Assembly: GCA_965287045.1 (NCBI GenBank)
Contig: OZ336888.1
Span: 30,628,001 to 30,692,000, forward strand
DNA: 64,000 nucleotides
Source of the DNA: Carcharhinus amblyrhynchos
Taxonomy: Eukaryota
Direction of reading: 5' to 3'
Shown here: positions 12,601-27,169 of the stretch, in pieces
How the letters are laid out: every line of letters starts with the position of its first letter
Position numbering within the stretch: position 1 is the first letter of the stretch
Translations under genes and position numbers: made by a program
Notes under the pieces: model-generated
Database searches by the model: none
Seen by the model: the letters and a program-made list of their open reading frames with translations, nothing else
Told to the model about the DNA's origin: nothing

Positions 12601-15600
12601 ATTTATGAGCATTTTAACTGACTCCAAATTTGTGGCTTCTTATTTGGAGAAGAGAAGTGACTGATGGAAACATTACACATGATTAGACACGTTTCACTTG
12701 CTGCAGAAAATGAGATAGGGAATAGTCTGCACTGAATGATAAATCATCCAACCCAAATTCACACAATGAAGAAAACGTTGTCAATCACTCCCCCGTGACC
12801 AACAGCAACATTGCACCTAACTCATTGCTGTGGAGTTGCCAAGAGGAAACCAAATGGAAGCCCAGCTGAGATGAGCTAACATTAATTAATTTAACCACTA
12901 ATCAGTTAGATAGTGTGAATTGGTCTGGAGATTTCCCATGGGATAAAGGCTGGCAAGGGCTCTGAAGGTCACCAGCCAAATTCAACACCTCTCCACCAGC
13001 TCCGTCAGCCTCCCCATTAACCTCTTTATGTATCTGCTTTTCCTTGAGGCAATTTCTAAAAGCATAGGCTAAAAAGTTAATGTTGGCATGACATAAATTC
13101 CTCCAAGCTACAAAATCTGAAATGTTTCCTGGCTCTGTTAATTATACAGAATTTATGAAGATCATATTTCTATCTTATTGGATTTTTACAGTATGCTAAG
13201 GCAAGTTGTTACCTGAAAATTGGTAAGGCAAGTGAGTGGGAAGGGGGGGGGGGAATAGATTTTATTCAAAATTCACCCCCTTTCTATTTGGATGAATTAA
13301 AAGTCTTTGCAAAAAATCCACTGAATTGTTTTTAAGAAGTATGACTTCTCACCATTCATACTTATCTGCAGCGACTCTGAAGTCAGATTTTGAAACTCTT
13401 CTAGGAGTGGGACAGAGGTGTGCCAGTTCCTCACTGCCATCCCACCCCACAGTCAGTTTTACAGAGATGAGATGGAGGGATGGGGTGAGGGGAGCAGGCT
13501 GCTTGCCCACATGGGGATGATAGCTGACAAGACCAGTTAAAAGACCTTTGAGATCAGTTAAAGGAAACTGTCTGAGATTTTTCAGTCAGTCTCCAGGTTC
13601 TTGTAGGTGACAAAGGGTCAGTTTAGATACGTGGAAGTAAATGCTCTGTAGCAGATTAGTGGATCAGTTCTCTAAAAGTAAGTGGAAAAATCAAAAGCCC
13701 TGACTTGCTCTTCAGCAGTGTCCACTGGTCCCTTTCAAAATGACTGATAAGACCATGATAATCCTGCAAAAAGTGAGCAGCACAGCTCTACCCAGTTTAT
13801 GTCAAATTTGACATCAAGATCCTAAAAAAGGTGTGCGCCTCTGGAATATGCCAATCAGGAGCTATCATCCTCATAGGGAGTTGCCCCAATACTCTTTAGA
13901 AATCTTCAGTTACTACTTTCAGAGGAGACTGGATGCAGGCAATTCAAATTTCCAGCTCAGCAAAATAAATTGGGAATATTTGGCAAAGTTGAATGCAGAA
14001 TCATGCTCCTGATATTCTGTTGTAACAATTTAGTTCAAAATCCTGCTTAAAAGTTTCCACTCCCACAACTCACAGCCTCCTTAAGCAATGGTCAGTATCA
14101 TTATACCAGCCTGTGCGCTGGAAATCTGTTTGAAACTTCCCAACTCCATTTCATACCAGATTATTACAGCAGCCAGACGAGAAAGGAGACTTTCATTCTA
14201 ATGGACTAGCTGGACTCAATCCCAGAATCTAAAGGTGAAAAGAGAGTGCTTAAGCCAGGGGTCAACTCAAAACAGCCTTACAAGAACTCAATTCGCCAAA
14301 TACTTGTTAGCCATGATTCCTGCATACTAATAAACTGTTAGGTAGATTTCCATAAGAAGAGCTTTCAATCTGTCTTGAATTCAGAATGAAGCATAAATAG
14401 TGATCTCGTCAACAATAAAACTGGAAAAATCACAGCCAGTGTAACTTGTCAAATGAATAACACTAGAAAACCATAATCCATTTAGTTCCAACCAGCCGTT
14501 AAATCACTGAAGCATTAAATTGAGAGTAAGCTAACCAAAGTGTAACAATAGTTAAATGTGACTCATGTTTTTATAGGCGTAATGCCTGTTCAATTTATGT
14601 ATAACAGAAGAAAAGTTAGGAAATAAGAAACACTATGATATTCAAAATGATCATAATTAATGACTGGAATAGATGGACTGACTGCTTTGCATTCAATAGA
14701 TGCACTGAAATAGTTCTGTACTCACAGATGCAATAACTCATTCCACATACACTCCTGACTCAAGAAACCTGTCCCACCTTTAGCCTTTTAATGGATGGCA
14801 TGCACCCTTCCTGCTGCTCCTGAAACAAATCCTTCAGGAGAAACATTATGTAACAGCACTTAAGAGGAAATAAATTACAACTTTATTCTTCATGTCATTT
14901 TAAAATTAAATTGGTGAAACCTGGCTGCTTGATTAATTCATCATTCTTGGCTAGTTATCTTCCAAACTCTGTCCAATTCCAGTTAGCTGTGATGCATCAC
15001 TAAGCCAAATTGTGAAATTAAGGGAGGTGCCCATCTTTCCAACGCGACTTCAGTACAACTGATATTAGTTAGTTTTTGAAGCCGAAGGGAAAATGCCATT
15101 ATGTCACCAATACAGTTTTAATATTTTAATTTAAACTTTAATATAATCGAATTTCCAACAGTGTAGAAAGTACAAGATAATTAAGAAAGTCACAAATTGG
15201 CACCAAATAAACAATGATCCTTCTGAACACTGACGTTGATTAAGCAATACATGTTCTGTTGTCACTGTTCTCTGAATTTTCCCAGCCTCATGATGGCGGG
15301 TTTGCCATATTCCCGCTGCCAGGAAACTTTCTTGGGATGGGCTGGAAATCAAATCAGCTGCCTCTCTAACTCAACCTTGAATAAATTCAATGGCCCATCC
15401 TCCACTGTCTTCTGGGAAGAGAATTCCACAGAGTAATGACTGTCAGGGAAGAACGTGCATTCTCATCTCCCTCTTAAAAGGGAGACCTTATTCTTGAATA
15501 TGTTCCCATAATTCTAGCCTCTCTGCACAAGAGGATACACCTTCCTGGTATCCATTCAATCAAGTCCCCATAGGGTTTCAGTAAGATCACCTCAAATTCT

Positions 15601-16295
15601 TCACCTATGAATGCAGAACCAACGATTATTCATAAGATAAGTCCTTCGCCGCAGGAATAAGCCAAATGAACCTCCTCTGAAGCACTTCTAAAGGAATTGC
15701 ATGCTTTTTTAAATTAATGCGTGGGACACGGGCGTAGATGGCTGGCCAATATTTGTTGCCCATCCCTATTGCCCGAGGGCAGTTTGAGAGTCACATGTAG
15801 GCCAGACCAGGTAAGGATGACAGATTTCCTTTAGGATTTTCCAAACAATTGACAATGGTTTCATCATCAGCAGATTCTTAATTCCAGATATCTTTTACTA
15901 AATTCAAATTCCACCAACTGTCATGGTGAGATTTGAACCCTGGTTCCCAAAACATTAGCTGAGTTTCTGGATTAATAGTCTAGCAATTCACCAATACTCC
16001 CTAGACAACATCTACCAAACATGCAACCTCCATCGCCTAGGCAGGGCAACATATGCATGGGAATATCACTACTTGCAAGTTCCTCTCCAACCAATGGACC
16101 ATTCTGATTTGGAAATATATCCTTCACTGTCGCTGTGTCAAAATCCTGGAAATCCCTCCTTGGCAGCACCATGAGAGTACCTACACTATAGGCACTGTAG
16201 TGGTTCAAGAAGGCAGCTCGCCACTACCTTCTCAAGGGGGCAATTAGGGATGGGTAATGAAAATGCTGGCCTACCCAGCGAAGCCCACATTCCAT

Positions 16296-18140
16296 TAGAA
16301 CATAGAATATAGAACACTACAGCACAAACAGGCCCTTCAGCCCACAAGTTGTGCCGATCACATCTATACCTACCAAGCCATAGAACTATCTGTAACTCCC
16401 AATCCCATTAGATCCCATATACTCATCCAGAAGTCTTTTAAAAGACCCCAGCGAGTTCGTCTCTACCACCACTGATAGCAGTCGATTCCACTCACTCACC
16501 ACCTTCTGAGTGAAAAACTTACCCCTAACATCTCCTCTGTACTCGCACCCCAGCACCGTAAACCTGTGTTCTCTCATAGCGACCATTTCAGCCCTGGGAA
16601 ATAGCCTCCGAGAATCCACCCTATCTACTCCTCTCAATCTTTTATAAACCTCTATCAGGTTGCCTCTCAACCTTCATCTCTCCAGGGAGAAGAGCCCTAT
16701 CTTCATAAGGTATGCCTCCCAATCCAGGCAACATCCTTGTAAATCTCCTCTGCACCCTCTCAATAGCTTCCACATCCTTTCTGTAGTGAGGTGACCAGAA
16801 CTGCGCACAGTACTCCAAGTGGGGTCTGACAAGGGTCTTATAAAGTTGCAGCATTACCTCCTGACTCCTAAACTCAATCCCTTGATTAATGAAGGCCAGT
16901 ACACCATACGCCTTCTTGAACACATCCTCCACCTGCGAGGCCGATTTCAGAGTCCTATGGACCCAGACCCCAAGATCCTTCTGCTCCTCTACACTGCTAA
17001 GACTCCTACCCTTGATATTGTACTCCTGCATCCTGTTGGTCCTGCCAAAATGGACCACTACACATTTACCCGCGTTGAAGTCCATCTGCCACTTCTCCGC
17101 CCAGTCTTGCATCCTATCTATGTCACGCTGCAACTTCTGACATCCCTCCAGACTATCCACAACACCTTCATATCATCGGCGAACTTACTAACCCATCCTT
17201 CCACTTCCTCATCCGGGTCATTTATGAAAATGACAAACAGCAAGGGTCCTAGAACAGATTCCTGGGGCACTCCATTGGTGACCGACCTCCATGCAGAAAA
17301 AGACCCATCACAACCACTCTCTGCCTTCTGAAGGCAAGCCAGTTCTGGATCCACAAGGCCAAAGCTCTTTGGATCCCATGCCCTCTCACCTTCTCAAGAA
17401 GTCTTGCATGGGGGACCTTATCAAACACCTTGCTGAAGTCCATATAAACCACATCCACCACTTTTCCTTCGTCAATGTGTTCAGTCAGATTTTCAAAGAA
17501 CTCAACTAGGCTCGTAAGGCACGACCTGCCCTTGACAAAGCCGTGCTGACTATTTCTGATCATTCTAAACTTCTCTAAATGCTCATAAATCTTGTCCCTC
17601 AGAATCCTCTCCATCAACTTACCAACCACTGAGGTCAGACTCACCGGTTGGTAATTTCCCAGGCTATCCCTGTTCCCTTTCTTGAAAATAGGAACCACAT
17701 CCGCAATCCTCCAATCCTCCAGAACCTCTCCCGTCTCCATCGACGATGCAAAGATCATCGCCAGGGGCTCTGCAATCATTTCCCTCACCTCCCACAGTAA
17801 CCTGGGATACATCCCATCCAGAACTGGCGACTTATCTATCTTAATAGAATTTAAAAGTTCCAACACATCCTCTTTCTTAACATCCACATACTCAATCTTT
17901 TCAGTCTGCTGCAAACCTGTAGTACAACCTCCCAGATCACTTTTCACCGTGAATACCGAGGCAAAGTACTCATTAAGCACCTCTGCCATTTCTTCCGGTT
18001 CCACACAGACTTTTCCCCCTTCACCTTTTATAGGTCCTATCCCTTCTCATCCTTTTACTCTTCACATATTTATAGAAGGCCTCGGGATTCTCCTTAATCT
18101 TACCCGCTAAGGTCTTCTCATGACCCCTTCTGGCTCTTCT
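16296..18140 (-). mobile_element. CR1-clade LINE fragment with frameshifted ORF2/RT
   Basis: ORFs 17249..18004, 17118..17354, 16642..17160 and 16386..16670 are consecutive frames of CR1 ORF2 (QHGFVKGRSCLT, GVPQESVLGP, FADD); tagaaca-type tail at the left end. Confidence 0.93.
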
Positions 18141-19355
18141 AATTATTGAAATAATAAAAAAAATTATCTCCATTTAAACAGTTTCTATTCTTCCTGCTAA
18201 AGGGGATGAGTTATTTTTCCATGATATATTCCATCAGTCCACTCACTTAACCAATTGAAATCCCTTTTGTAGACTCACAGGCATTTTACCACTAGCAGTG
18301 TGGCTCCCAATTCCATGCGGAAGTCACCAGTTCAATGGAGGTGGTCTTCCTGTGACAGACCAGATTGGGGATGGGGGTTCTTAAGGAAATACACTAAGAA
18401 CAGAGAAACCTAATACAGCAGAGGAATTTTCCCTGTAACCCTGTCGAACTGCTGCCTGTTTATTCCTTCATTGATGTACAACCTGTTGAGGCATTCTTTC
18501 GGTCCTTGAGCTGCCTCACCAGTGCCTACCTTCTGCTGCTAAGGTTCTCTGTTTGAGTTGGCTAAATAACGAGACTGGCCACAATCCTTTATAGGTCAGT
18601 GAAAGTGGAGGTGGCCAATTAGGAGGCTGTCTCTCGGAAGATTTCTGAGTAGGTTTTGCTGCTGGCAAGTACAGAGTTGGGACCTCCATTTGGTCCCAAT
18701 ATCAGGGTCCTGAGGTCCGCAGGAAAAGCTAGATCTCTTGCCTTTAAAAGAGCAATGTTATATCATAGCAGCAGGCTATTAACACAGACAGGACTTCAAA
18801 TTCATCCTTGCTAAGCAATGGTCCTGTCTGCTTCCTGCCATTGAAAAAAAGTCATATTCCATCAAAGTCAGAACGGGGCAGCTTTTGGCATATTTGGTCT
18901 TTGCGAACAGATCAGAAATGTTCCAACACTTGTCAAGTTAAGGTTGATTCTCAATTCAAGTCACTTGGGACCAGCGGACAATTTAGCAGGTACACAAGGC
19001 CTAAATATTTCAGCAAGTTAAATAAACTCAATGAAGTCATTGGTATGCAACGGAGCTATTTACATGAAATCATTTACTTTAGTTCGATTTAATCTAATAT
19101 CAATAAAGCATGCTGTACTTGCTTTCACAATATCCTTTTTAGCCCTCATGAGACTCATTTTCTCTCTGAATGAATCTCGTTTGCTACCTGGTTATCTTCC
19201 CAAGCAGCTTTCAACAATCACTCCTTATGTCCACTGTTCATGCACATTGTCAAGTGCTCTCTTCCTGCAGGAAATTGTTATCCCATTAATACAGCTATTA
19301 TCATCTGCCTTCTTAAAAATCCTATTGTCATCACTTTGTCCACTTTAACTTCCAG

Positions 19356-19690
19356 TCATAGAATCCCTATAGTACAGAAGGAGGCTTTTCGGCCCATCGA
19401 GTCTGTACTGATCACAATCTCACCTAAGCCCTATTCCCATAACCCCACGCATTTACTCTGCTAATCCCCCTGACACTGAGGGGCAATTTAACATGACCGA
19501 TCAACCTAACCAGCACATCTTTGGAGTGTAGGAGGAAACTGGAGCACCAGGAGAAAATCCATGCAGACAAGGGGAGAATGTGCAAACTCCACTCAGACAG
19601 TGACCCAAGGCTGGAATTGATGCTGGGACTGTGGTGCTGTGAGGCAGCAGGGCTAACTACTGTGCCGCCCCAACCACTGTGCCACCGTGC
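19356..19690 (-). mobile_element. tRNA-derived SINE (HE1-like shark SINE)
   Basis: Reverse complement begins gcacggtggcacagtgg...; homologous to 23135-23478 and 63357-63655. Confidence 0.8.
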
Positions 19691-19729
19691 CATCCCGTAT
19701 AAGGAAGTTTAAAATATCATTGCAACTCG

Positions 19730-21300
19730 ACAAAAACTTGTATATATAATGCAACTTTGACACAGAATTACTTCACACAAGTTTAATCAAATAAAATTTA
19801 GCACCAAGCCACAAGGATAATGTTTGACCAAAAACTTGGTCAAAAAGATTGTTTGGTTTTAAGGAACATTTTGGAAGAGAGAGAGAGAGAGAAGCAGAGG
19901 ACGAGGAGGAGGGAGAGATTTCCAGAGTTTAGCACATAGGCAGGCGAAGGCATGACATCAATGGTGTAGTGAGAAAATCAGGAATACTCAGAAGGCCAGA
20001 CCTGAATACTGCAGAGATCTCACAGTTGGAAGAGCTGGTGGAGATTTCAGAGATGGAGAGGGACAAGACCACAGATGGATTTAAAAACAAGAATGACGAT
20101 TTTAAAATTCAGGCCAGCGGTCAGTATGACGGATGATTGATATTGGAGAGGATACGGGTAATGGAACTTAGGTTAAGCTCATACTTACTGAGGGTAAATA
20201 TGAGGTAAGTCAGGCAAGCATTGGAATAGTCAATTCTGGAGGTATTAAGGGCAGGGTTGAGGGTTCAGTGGTGGATGAGCTGAGGCAGACATGAAGATGG
20301 GTAATGTTACAGGGGTGGAACAGCAAGGCAGTCCTCATCAATCATTCTCCCATTAATACTGCTATCACCACCTGTCTTCTTAAAATAGCCTACCTTTGAC
20401 TCCTTTATTATTATGTGACTATGTCTCCTTTAACTCCCTGTAGTCTTCAATACAGTCACTTTCATGATTTTATTCTTATGCACCTCATATTCTCAAATTC
20501 TCTCTTCCTGGGTCCATATCATTATCTCAAAGATCCCACACTATCTTTTATAGATATTTCTTATCTATAAAAGGCTCTTGGTAATATAGTGGTGATCGTG
20601 GGATTAGGTTCCACATATATGCTGATAACATTCAAATCTATCACCATCCTTAATCTCTAACTGTTACCAAGATGTCTGATTGCCTATCTCTCAAGCGCTG
20701 GCTGTTCACGTCAACACTGACCAAACAGAGGCCACCTTGTTTTGCTTGTGGCAGACCTTTGCACCTCAAGCACCAATTCCAGCTTCCTCCCTTGATGCTC
20801 ATGCAGACTAAACATGTAGGCACACATACCTTGATATCCTCTGTTGAGTTGAGCTTCAATTCCAGTATCTATTGCATTGCCAAAACCACTTACGTACACC
20901 ATCAGGAACAACACTTGATTTCCACCATCAATAAACCATTCTCCACAGCTCAAACCAAGAATGTTTTCTTATCACTCTCCCCATCTTCAGCCTACACACA
21001 TTTTTAAAACATCCGACACCCTTACAGCCTTGACCTAACTCTCAGGTATCCCACAAATTAGTCCTTCACAACTTCTATTGGTTTCACTCTTCAAGCACAC
21101 TAACATCAAAATCCTCACTTTTATCCTTAAATCCTTCAGTGAATTGCTAGTAAAATTGTTTCCAGCTTTACAGTGCAGCATCGATGCTCTATTCACCTGA
21201 CTTTCATCTACTGCACATTGTTCCCTTCTCTATTCCCTAGTGACAAAGCCTGAAGCCATCTTGCACCTTGCACTTTTATACAAATTTTTTTGCCTTGTGA
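19730..21300. mobile_element. Heavily decayed L2-like LINE relics (both orientations)
   Basis: ttccacatatatgctgataacattcaaatctatc = FHIYADNIQIY (YADD-like) near 20610; purine-rich minus-strand relic at 19730-20320. Confidence 0.45.
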
Positions 21301-21789
21301 ACTCTATTCATTATCTTGCATCAATGGCTATCTTTTGTGGTGACCTATCCAAAGTTTGTAATGGTTCAAAGTTTCACGGAACCTCAGCAACATAATTGGT
21401 AAACTGTGTGTTGGAGTTTTCAGTCTTCTATTGCAATATAGAATCAACACAAACAGATATCATAAGGTGAGAACTTTTCAATTATTTCAACAAATCCACA
21501 TTGTAGTTTTTCAGGGGTAATGCCTCCAACCTTTCCATGAAAGCTAACATTAAAACAGTAAGAGTTTTTCATCCAAGGCAGATTCATATTTAATGTGATC
21601 CAAATATTTTACTTCGTCTCTCAATTTAGAATCTAACACCAAAGAGCTTTGGCAAAACAAGTATGAATGAGAAGCAATCATATCATATCATTTGACTAAT
21701 TACATTCATGTTTTCCAAACCTAAAAAAAATTCATTTAAGGTAGCATGAGAAATTGAAGAAAGTGCAATTCCTGGAGTATGCTTCCTAC

Positions 21790-22026
21790 CTGAGAGACCA
21801 GTCGTGGTTACAGTAAGGTTGGACATTTCCCAGGTAGAAGCCCAAGGACTGAGTTACATCCACAAGATTGGTGAAGTTGAGACTAATACTGTTGTACAGG
21901 ACTGAGGTCATCGTAATTTCATCAATGGCCCACACATCCTCTTGAGGCCCAGAGTGATAAGGTTGCCACCATCGGAACTGAATGCCAAACTGCTGGGCAT
22001 TGTCTGGGAGCTCCACAGAGATAATT
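21790..22026 (-). CDS. RELN: Reelin exon (~20), [26 protein letters not shown]...[14 protein letters not shown](S)
   Basis: ORF track 21786..22016; tcatag acceptor, GTAG donor; 237 bp. Confidence 0.97.
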
Positions 22027-22648
22027 CTATGACCAAAAAGAGCTTTGTGTGAAACTTCTACGCAACATAATCAACGAATCATCCCTTTGTATCTACAGTA
22101 TTTCCAACAGGTACAGAGTATGGTAAAATGTAAAGTCAAGCAATGCTCACAGGTGTTGTCCTGCAAAGAAGAATGATTTTGCAAGGTTTTAAAAACAGTG
22201 CTGTTGAGACAAGAAACTACACAGAAACATGCAGACAACATTTTGATAGACCTCATTCAATATTTATTAAAGGAACATTTTGAGATGGGGCCGTTCCTGC
22301 TCTGTAACAAAGGCAGGTAAGACTTCCAACACGAACCATAAGTTTTATAAGACAAAGCTTAGTAAGTAGTTTAGGTGAATTTCTGTCAAGAGTTATTACA
22401 TTACTGAGCAATTAAGGTGGACTTCATGTGTAAGCTACAGATCGAAAGATCAGAAATTCCAGTAACATTCACCATGAAAAGAAACCCAGAGAATGATGCA
22501 ATTTCACTTTTTGAGGTGAGATCATTTCTTACAGAGACACAAGTGCAGGTAACTTAAACTTGATTAAAATTTAGTCACGCATTTTAAGTTATTAAGGCTG
22601 TTGTCTTTTCAGGATCATATGATAACTGGCACAACAGAAACCTCCTTA

Positions 22649-23010
22649 TGGGGAGACGGTGGAGAACGCCACTAGACTTGTAATCCATAGGTCCAGACTA
22701 ATGCTTTGGGGACATAGGTTCACATGCCATAATGGCAGCTGGTGGAATTTAATTAATTTATTAATTAATAAATCTGGACTATAAAGCTGGTCTCAGTAAT
22801 GGTGAACATGAAACTATCATCGATTATCGTAAAAACCCAACTTCTTCATTAGTGTCCTCTAGGGAAGGAAATCTGCCGTCCTTACCTGTTCTGGCCGATA
22901 CACGGCTCCAGATGCACACTAATGTGGTTGACTCTTAACAGCCCTCTGTAATGGCCTAGCAGATCACTCAGTTCAAGGACAATTAGAGATAGCAATATCC
23001 CATGAAAGAA
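22649..23010 (+). mobile_element. Second SINE family copy
   Basis: Homologous to 43368-43737. Confidence 0.7.
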
Positions 23011-23134
23011 TAGAGAAAATAAGTTGCTTAAAGGAGAGTCAGCGATTAAAATTAAATAATTAAGTTTGGATGCAAATCTGGATTCTGCTGTTGGCAACAT
23101 TAATGGAAGAAAACCTAAAGCAGTTAACACTTCA

Positions 23135-23478
23135 GAATCATAGAATCCTTAGAATGCAGAAGGAGGTCATTCAGCCCATTGAGTCTACACTGACTCTCCA
23201 ACAGGGCATTTTACCCAAAGCCTTTTACCTAGGCCCTATTCGCATAATCACGCTAACCTACACATCTTGGGACACTTAATGGACAATTTAGCATGGCCAA
23301 TCCATCTAACTTGCACATTTTTGGATTATGGGAGGAAACTGGAGCACCCAAAGGAAACCCATGTAGACATGGGGAGAACATGCACACTCCACACAGATAG
23401 TCACCCAAGGATGAAATTGAATTTGGGTCCTGAGCGCTGTGAGGCAACAGTGTTAATCACTGAGTCACGTGCCACCCT
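23135..23478 (-). mobile_element. tRNA-derived SINE (HE1-like)
   Basis: Same body (gggaggaaactggagcacc...ctccacacaga) as the other copies. Confidence 0.8.
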
Positions 23479-24774
23479 TGATATCCTTTTCAATATTTTA
23501 CCACAGCATGAATCCAAAAAAATGGATCAGTGGCTTTACTGAATTCGTGAAGAGTCAGATAAATCTTCCATTTGCAAACAACACCAACAATAATTACTAG
23601 TCTTAGATATTAATTATAAACAATACCAAAGCTCGATTTCCACCCACAAACTAAAATATATTTCTGTTTGTGCAAGAAGTATTAAAAATGGAAACAAGTA
23701 GATATTGACTCCCTTTCTATTAAGTCCGCAATATAGACTGAAGTCACCAGTTTACGCAGGGTTGCAAGTCATTATACTTAGGCACTAGAGAAAGTCAAAT
23801 TTTCATCTCTACATGTTTTCCTAATTGCTAATACTAGTAATTAGTGCCAAGTCTAAATTTAGTACTTGGTATTTAGTCAAAACGTTCTTACCCAATTATG
23901 TATTAGAACAGTGCAAACCTTACAAAGTATGGAGCATTAATGAAGAATAATGTCATGTTTTTAACAACTGTCGACATATGGAACAGCAGGGAGGACATAT
24001 TATCGCAGGAAAAAATAATTCTATCTCCATGATTAGCTCCATAAATCAACAACACTGTTCCCACCCAGCTCTGCACCTGACAGGATCAGCAAGCAACTGG
24101 ATTTCTTGGCAAACTTGCTGGCCACAGCTACTGCACAGCTCTGGTGATCTTCCTATCTAAGAGTGCTTTCAATAGGCAGCATACTGAATTTCACGTCTGC
24201 TTTCAATTTACTAACAAATGTAAATCTTTAATATGAAACTAACTTCTGCCTGGTCAGCAATTTTGATTGGGCAACAATGTTACATCCAAGTTTTCTAAGA
24301 TTAAATTTCAATATAAATAAACTATTGAAAAATAAAATTAATTTAGACTGCGATCATAGGCAGCTGAAATGTCACTGAATGGCAAAAACTGTGGCAAATG
24401 GATTGTAATGTTGGCAAGTGTAGGTCATCACATTGAATCTAAAAGAAAAGAAATGTAACTAAATGGTAAAATGTTAGACAGAGTGGCGATCCAAACAGAC
24501 TTGGAGCAGCATTTGCACCCTGATGTGGGTGAGTACCGAGACAGGGCAGGAGAATTCACTCCACTGACTGGTATCTCGGGATTATCCTGTCCCTGTCATT
24601 TTTCCCGAGGTGAGATCAGCATCTAAAGGACTACTTGTCTGCAAATGGTGGGTAGGTAATTGAAGATAGTTAATTGCCTATTAAGTCTTATTATCAGAGG
24701 TCCACTGGAATTTTCCTGACATTAAGTTTAATTTGTGATTTGTTTTTGTTTAAGGCAGTATTCCTTTAAGAGGA

Positions 24775-25780
24775 ATTTGATTTGATTTGATTTATTATTG
24801 TCACATGTATTAGTATACAATGAAAAGTATTGTTTCTTGCATGCTATACAGACAAGGCATACCATTCCTAGAGAAGGAAAAGAGTGCAAAATGTAGTGTT
24901 ACAATCATTGCTAAGGTGTAGAGAAAGATCAACTTAGTGTGAGGTAAATCCATTCAGAAGTCTGATGGCAGCAGGGAAGAAACTGTTTTTGAGTCGGCTG
25001 GTATGTGACCTCAGACTCCTGTATCTATTTCTCGACAGAAGAAGGTGGAAGAGAGTATGTTCAGGGTGTGCGAGGTCCTTGATTATGCTGGCTGCTTTGC
25101 TGAGGTAGCAGGAAGTGTGGACAGAGTCAATGGATGGGAGGCTGGTTTGTATGATGGACCGGGCATTATTCATGACCCTTTGCAGTTTCTTGCGGCTGGG
25201 GCACAGCAGAAGCCATGCCAAGTTGTGATACAACCAGAAAGAATGCTTTATATGGTGCATCTGTAAAGGTTATTGAGAGTCGTAGTGGACATACCAAATT
25301 TTCTTAGTCTTCTGAGAAAGTAGATGCATTGGTGGGCTTACTTAAGTAGTGTTGTCATGGGCGGACTAGGAAAAGTTGTTGGTGATCTCGGCCATCTCTA
25401 CTTCATCCCCATTGATAAAGACAGGGGCATGTTTTCCACACTGCTTCCTGAAATTGATGACTATCTCCTTAATTTTGCTAACACTGGGGGGGGAGATTAT
25501 TGTTGCTGCACCAGTTCACCACAGTCTTTGTCTTATTTCTGTACTCCGTCTTGTCATTGACACCATGGTGTCATCAGCAAACTTGAAAATTGAGTTGGAA
25601 GGGAATTTGGCCACAGTCATTGGTGTATCAGGAGTATATTAAGGGGCTGAGGGCACAACTTTGTGGGAGACCGCTGTTGAGGATGATTGTGGAGGAGGTG
25701 TTGTTGCCTATCTTTAATGATTGCGGTCTGTGGGTTAGGAAGTTCAGGATCCTGTCACAGAGGGAGGAGTCGAGCCTTTA
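24775..25780 (-). mobile_element. Rex1/Babar-like LINE 3' fragment
   Basis: ORF 24934..25260 ends RYRSLRSHTSRLKNSFFPAAIRLLN; gatttgattt tail; FADD remnant (gtgtcatcagcaaac) near 25570. Confidence 0.65.
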
Positions 25781-27169
25781 ATTTCTTTAGTTTGTCCCTC
25801 AATTCACTTGGTGAAAATGTTCCAGCACTGGGCAGCCTTCACACTCAGTCCGGGGACCCCGACTCATCCCCTCGGAGCAAAAAAAACCCCAACTTCTGGG
25901 CCTCTTTATTCCAGATCAGATTTACGAAGCTGGGAAATGTCCCAACTCTGCTCTACTTGGAAGGGGAAATCTGGGCCCAAGACAGCAAAACATTGAGCTG
26001 AAGGGAATTTGACTCAGGAATCTTAAGTGGAAATGAGACTGATGCTGTGTTATAGAATATAAACTTTAAAACTCCTGCTCTATCTTTTGCTGCAAAAGGG
26101 CAGAAAAACAAAAACATAGCAGACAGGAAAAGGCAGCATATGTAGTTTTGTCCTCAACTCTGTTGGTTGCCTCCCTATTGATACTAAATCATCTCATGCA
26201 AGTGCACATGGAGTCATTTCTGCATATACAGATATAGTGTGGTTACATGATATATATAATACATATATACATATCTCCAACTCAGTTTTAAGTTCCAGGG
26301 AATGGTATTAACTTCCCAAAATATTGCAGTTCTTATAATTAAATCCATTGCACATTCTATTAATTCTCCCATCAGGTTGTGTTGTATGTTTCAAATTATT
26401 TGAAGGAAGCAACCATAATAAAATAAAATTACCTAAAAAATAAAATATCAAATCTGATCAAAAATTCATTAAGGTGACAGATAGTTATTTGTGGGTTAAT
26501 TGCAAATTAGCATTGAGGGATGAACTAAATGATAGCATCATGCTCCGAGTGTGTTTTATTCAGCTGGCAGTGCTGTCACCAGGACAGGTGGCACACACCA
26601 CAAAAATAGTGCACTTGGCAAAATCCTTGGGCCTTGCACAGCTGGGGAACAGTTAGCAAACCTGGTACAGCTGCCGTTCTAGTCACAATGGGCACTGCGG
26701 ACAAAGCTCAAACAGTGGAGATACTTGGCAAAGGCAAAAATCTGGCCCAGCAGGCAGTCACTGCCTGCAAAGATCCCTGTCTTGTTTGTCAACTCGAGGT
26801 TGTTCCAACTCGTCAATGACAAGTATGCATAATTAGAGATCAAAAAATGGCCAAAGGAAGATGGAGTGTAATAGGAAGCAATACTTTTTGGAATGTTTTA
26901 TAAGCTCAAGCTGAATACTTCAGGCATGTGTAATTCTGAAAATTTAAAAGGATTACAAGCAGCTTAATATGGCGAGGGCCTGAAGAATTATTTGTAAAGA
27001 ATAGTGAAATAAAATCCTGTAATCTTGGCTGGAATTTGTGATAAATAACTTTAGTTCCAATGTAACTAGGGTGACAAATTAATTAATCACACCAGTTTGA
27101 AAAAAAATGCTGATTAGCACCCAATAGTTATTGATTATTCTATGCTGAAAAAATGTAATAGATTGCTAC

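Noticed and set aside
16819-18110. Plus-strand ORFs of 170 and 142 aa
   Set aside because: They are antisense shadows of the minus-strand CR1 RT frames.
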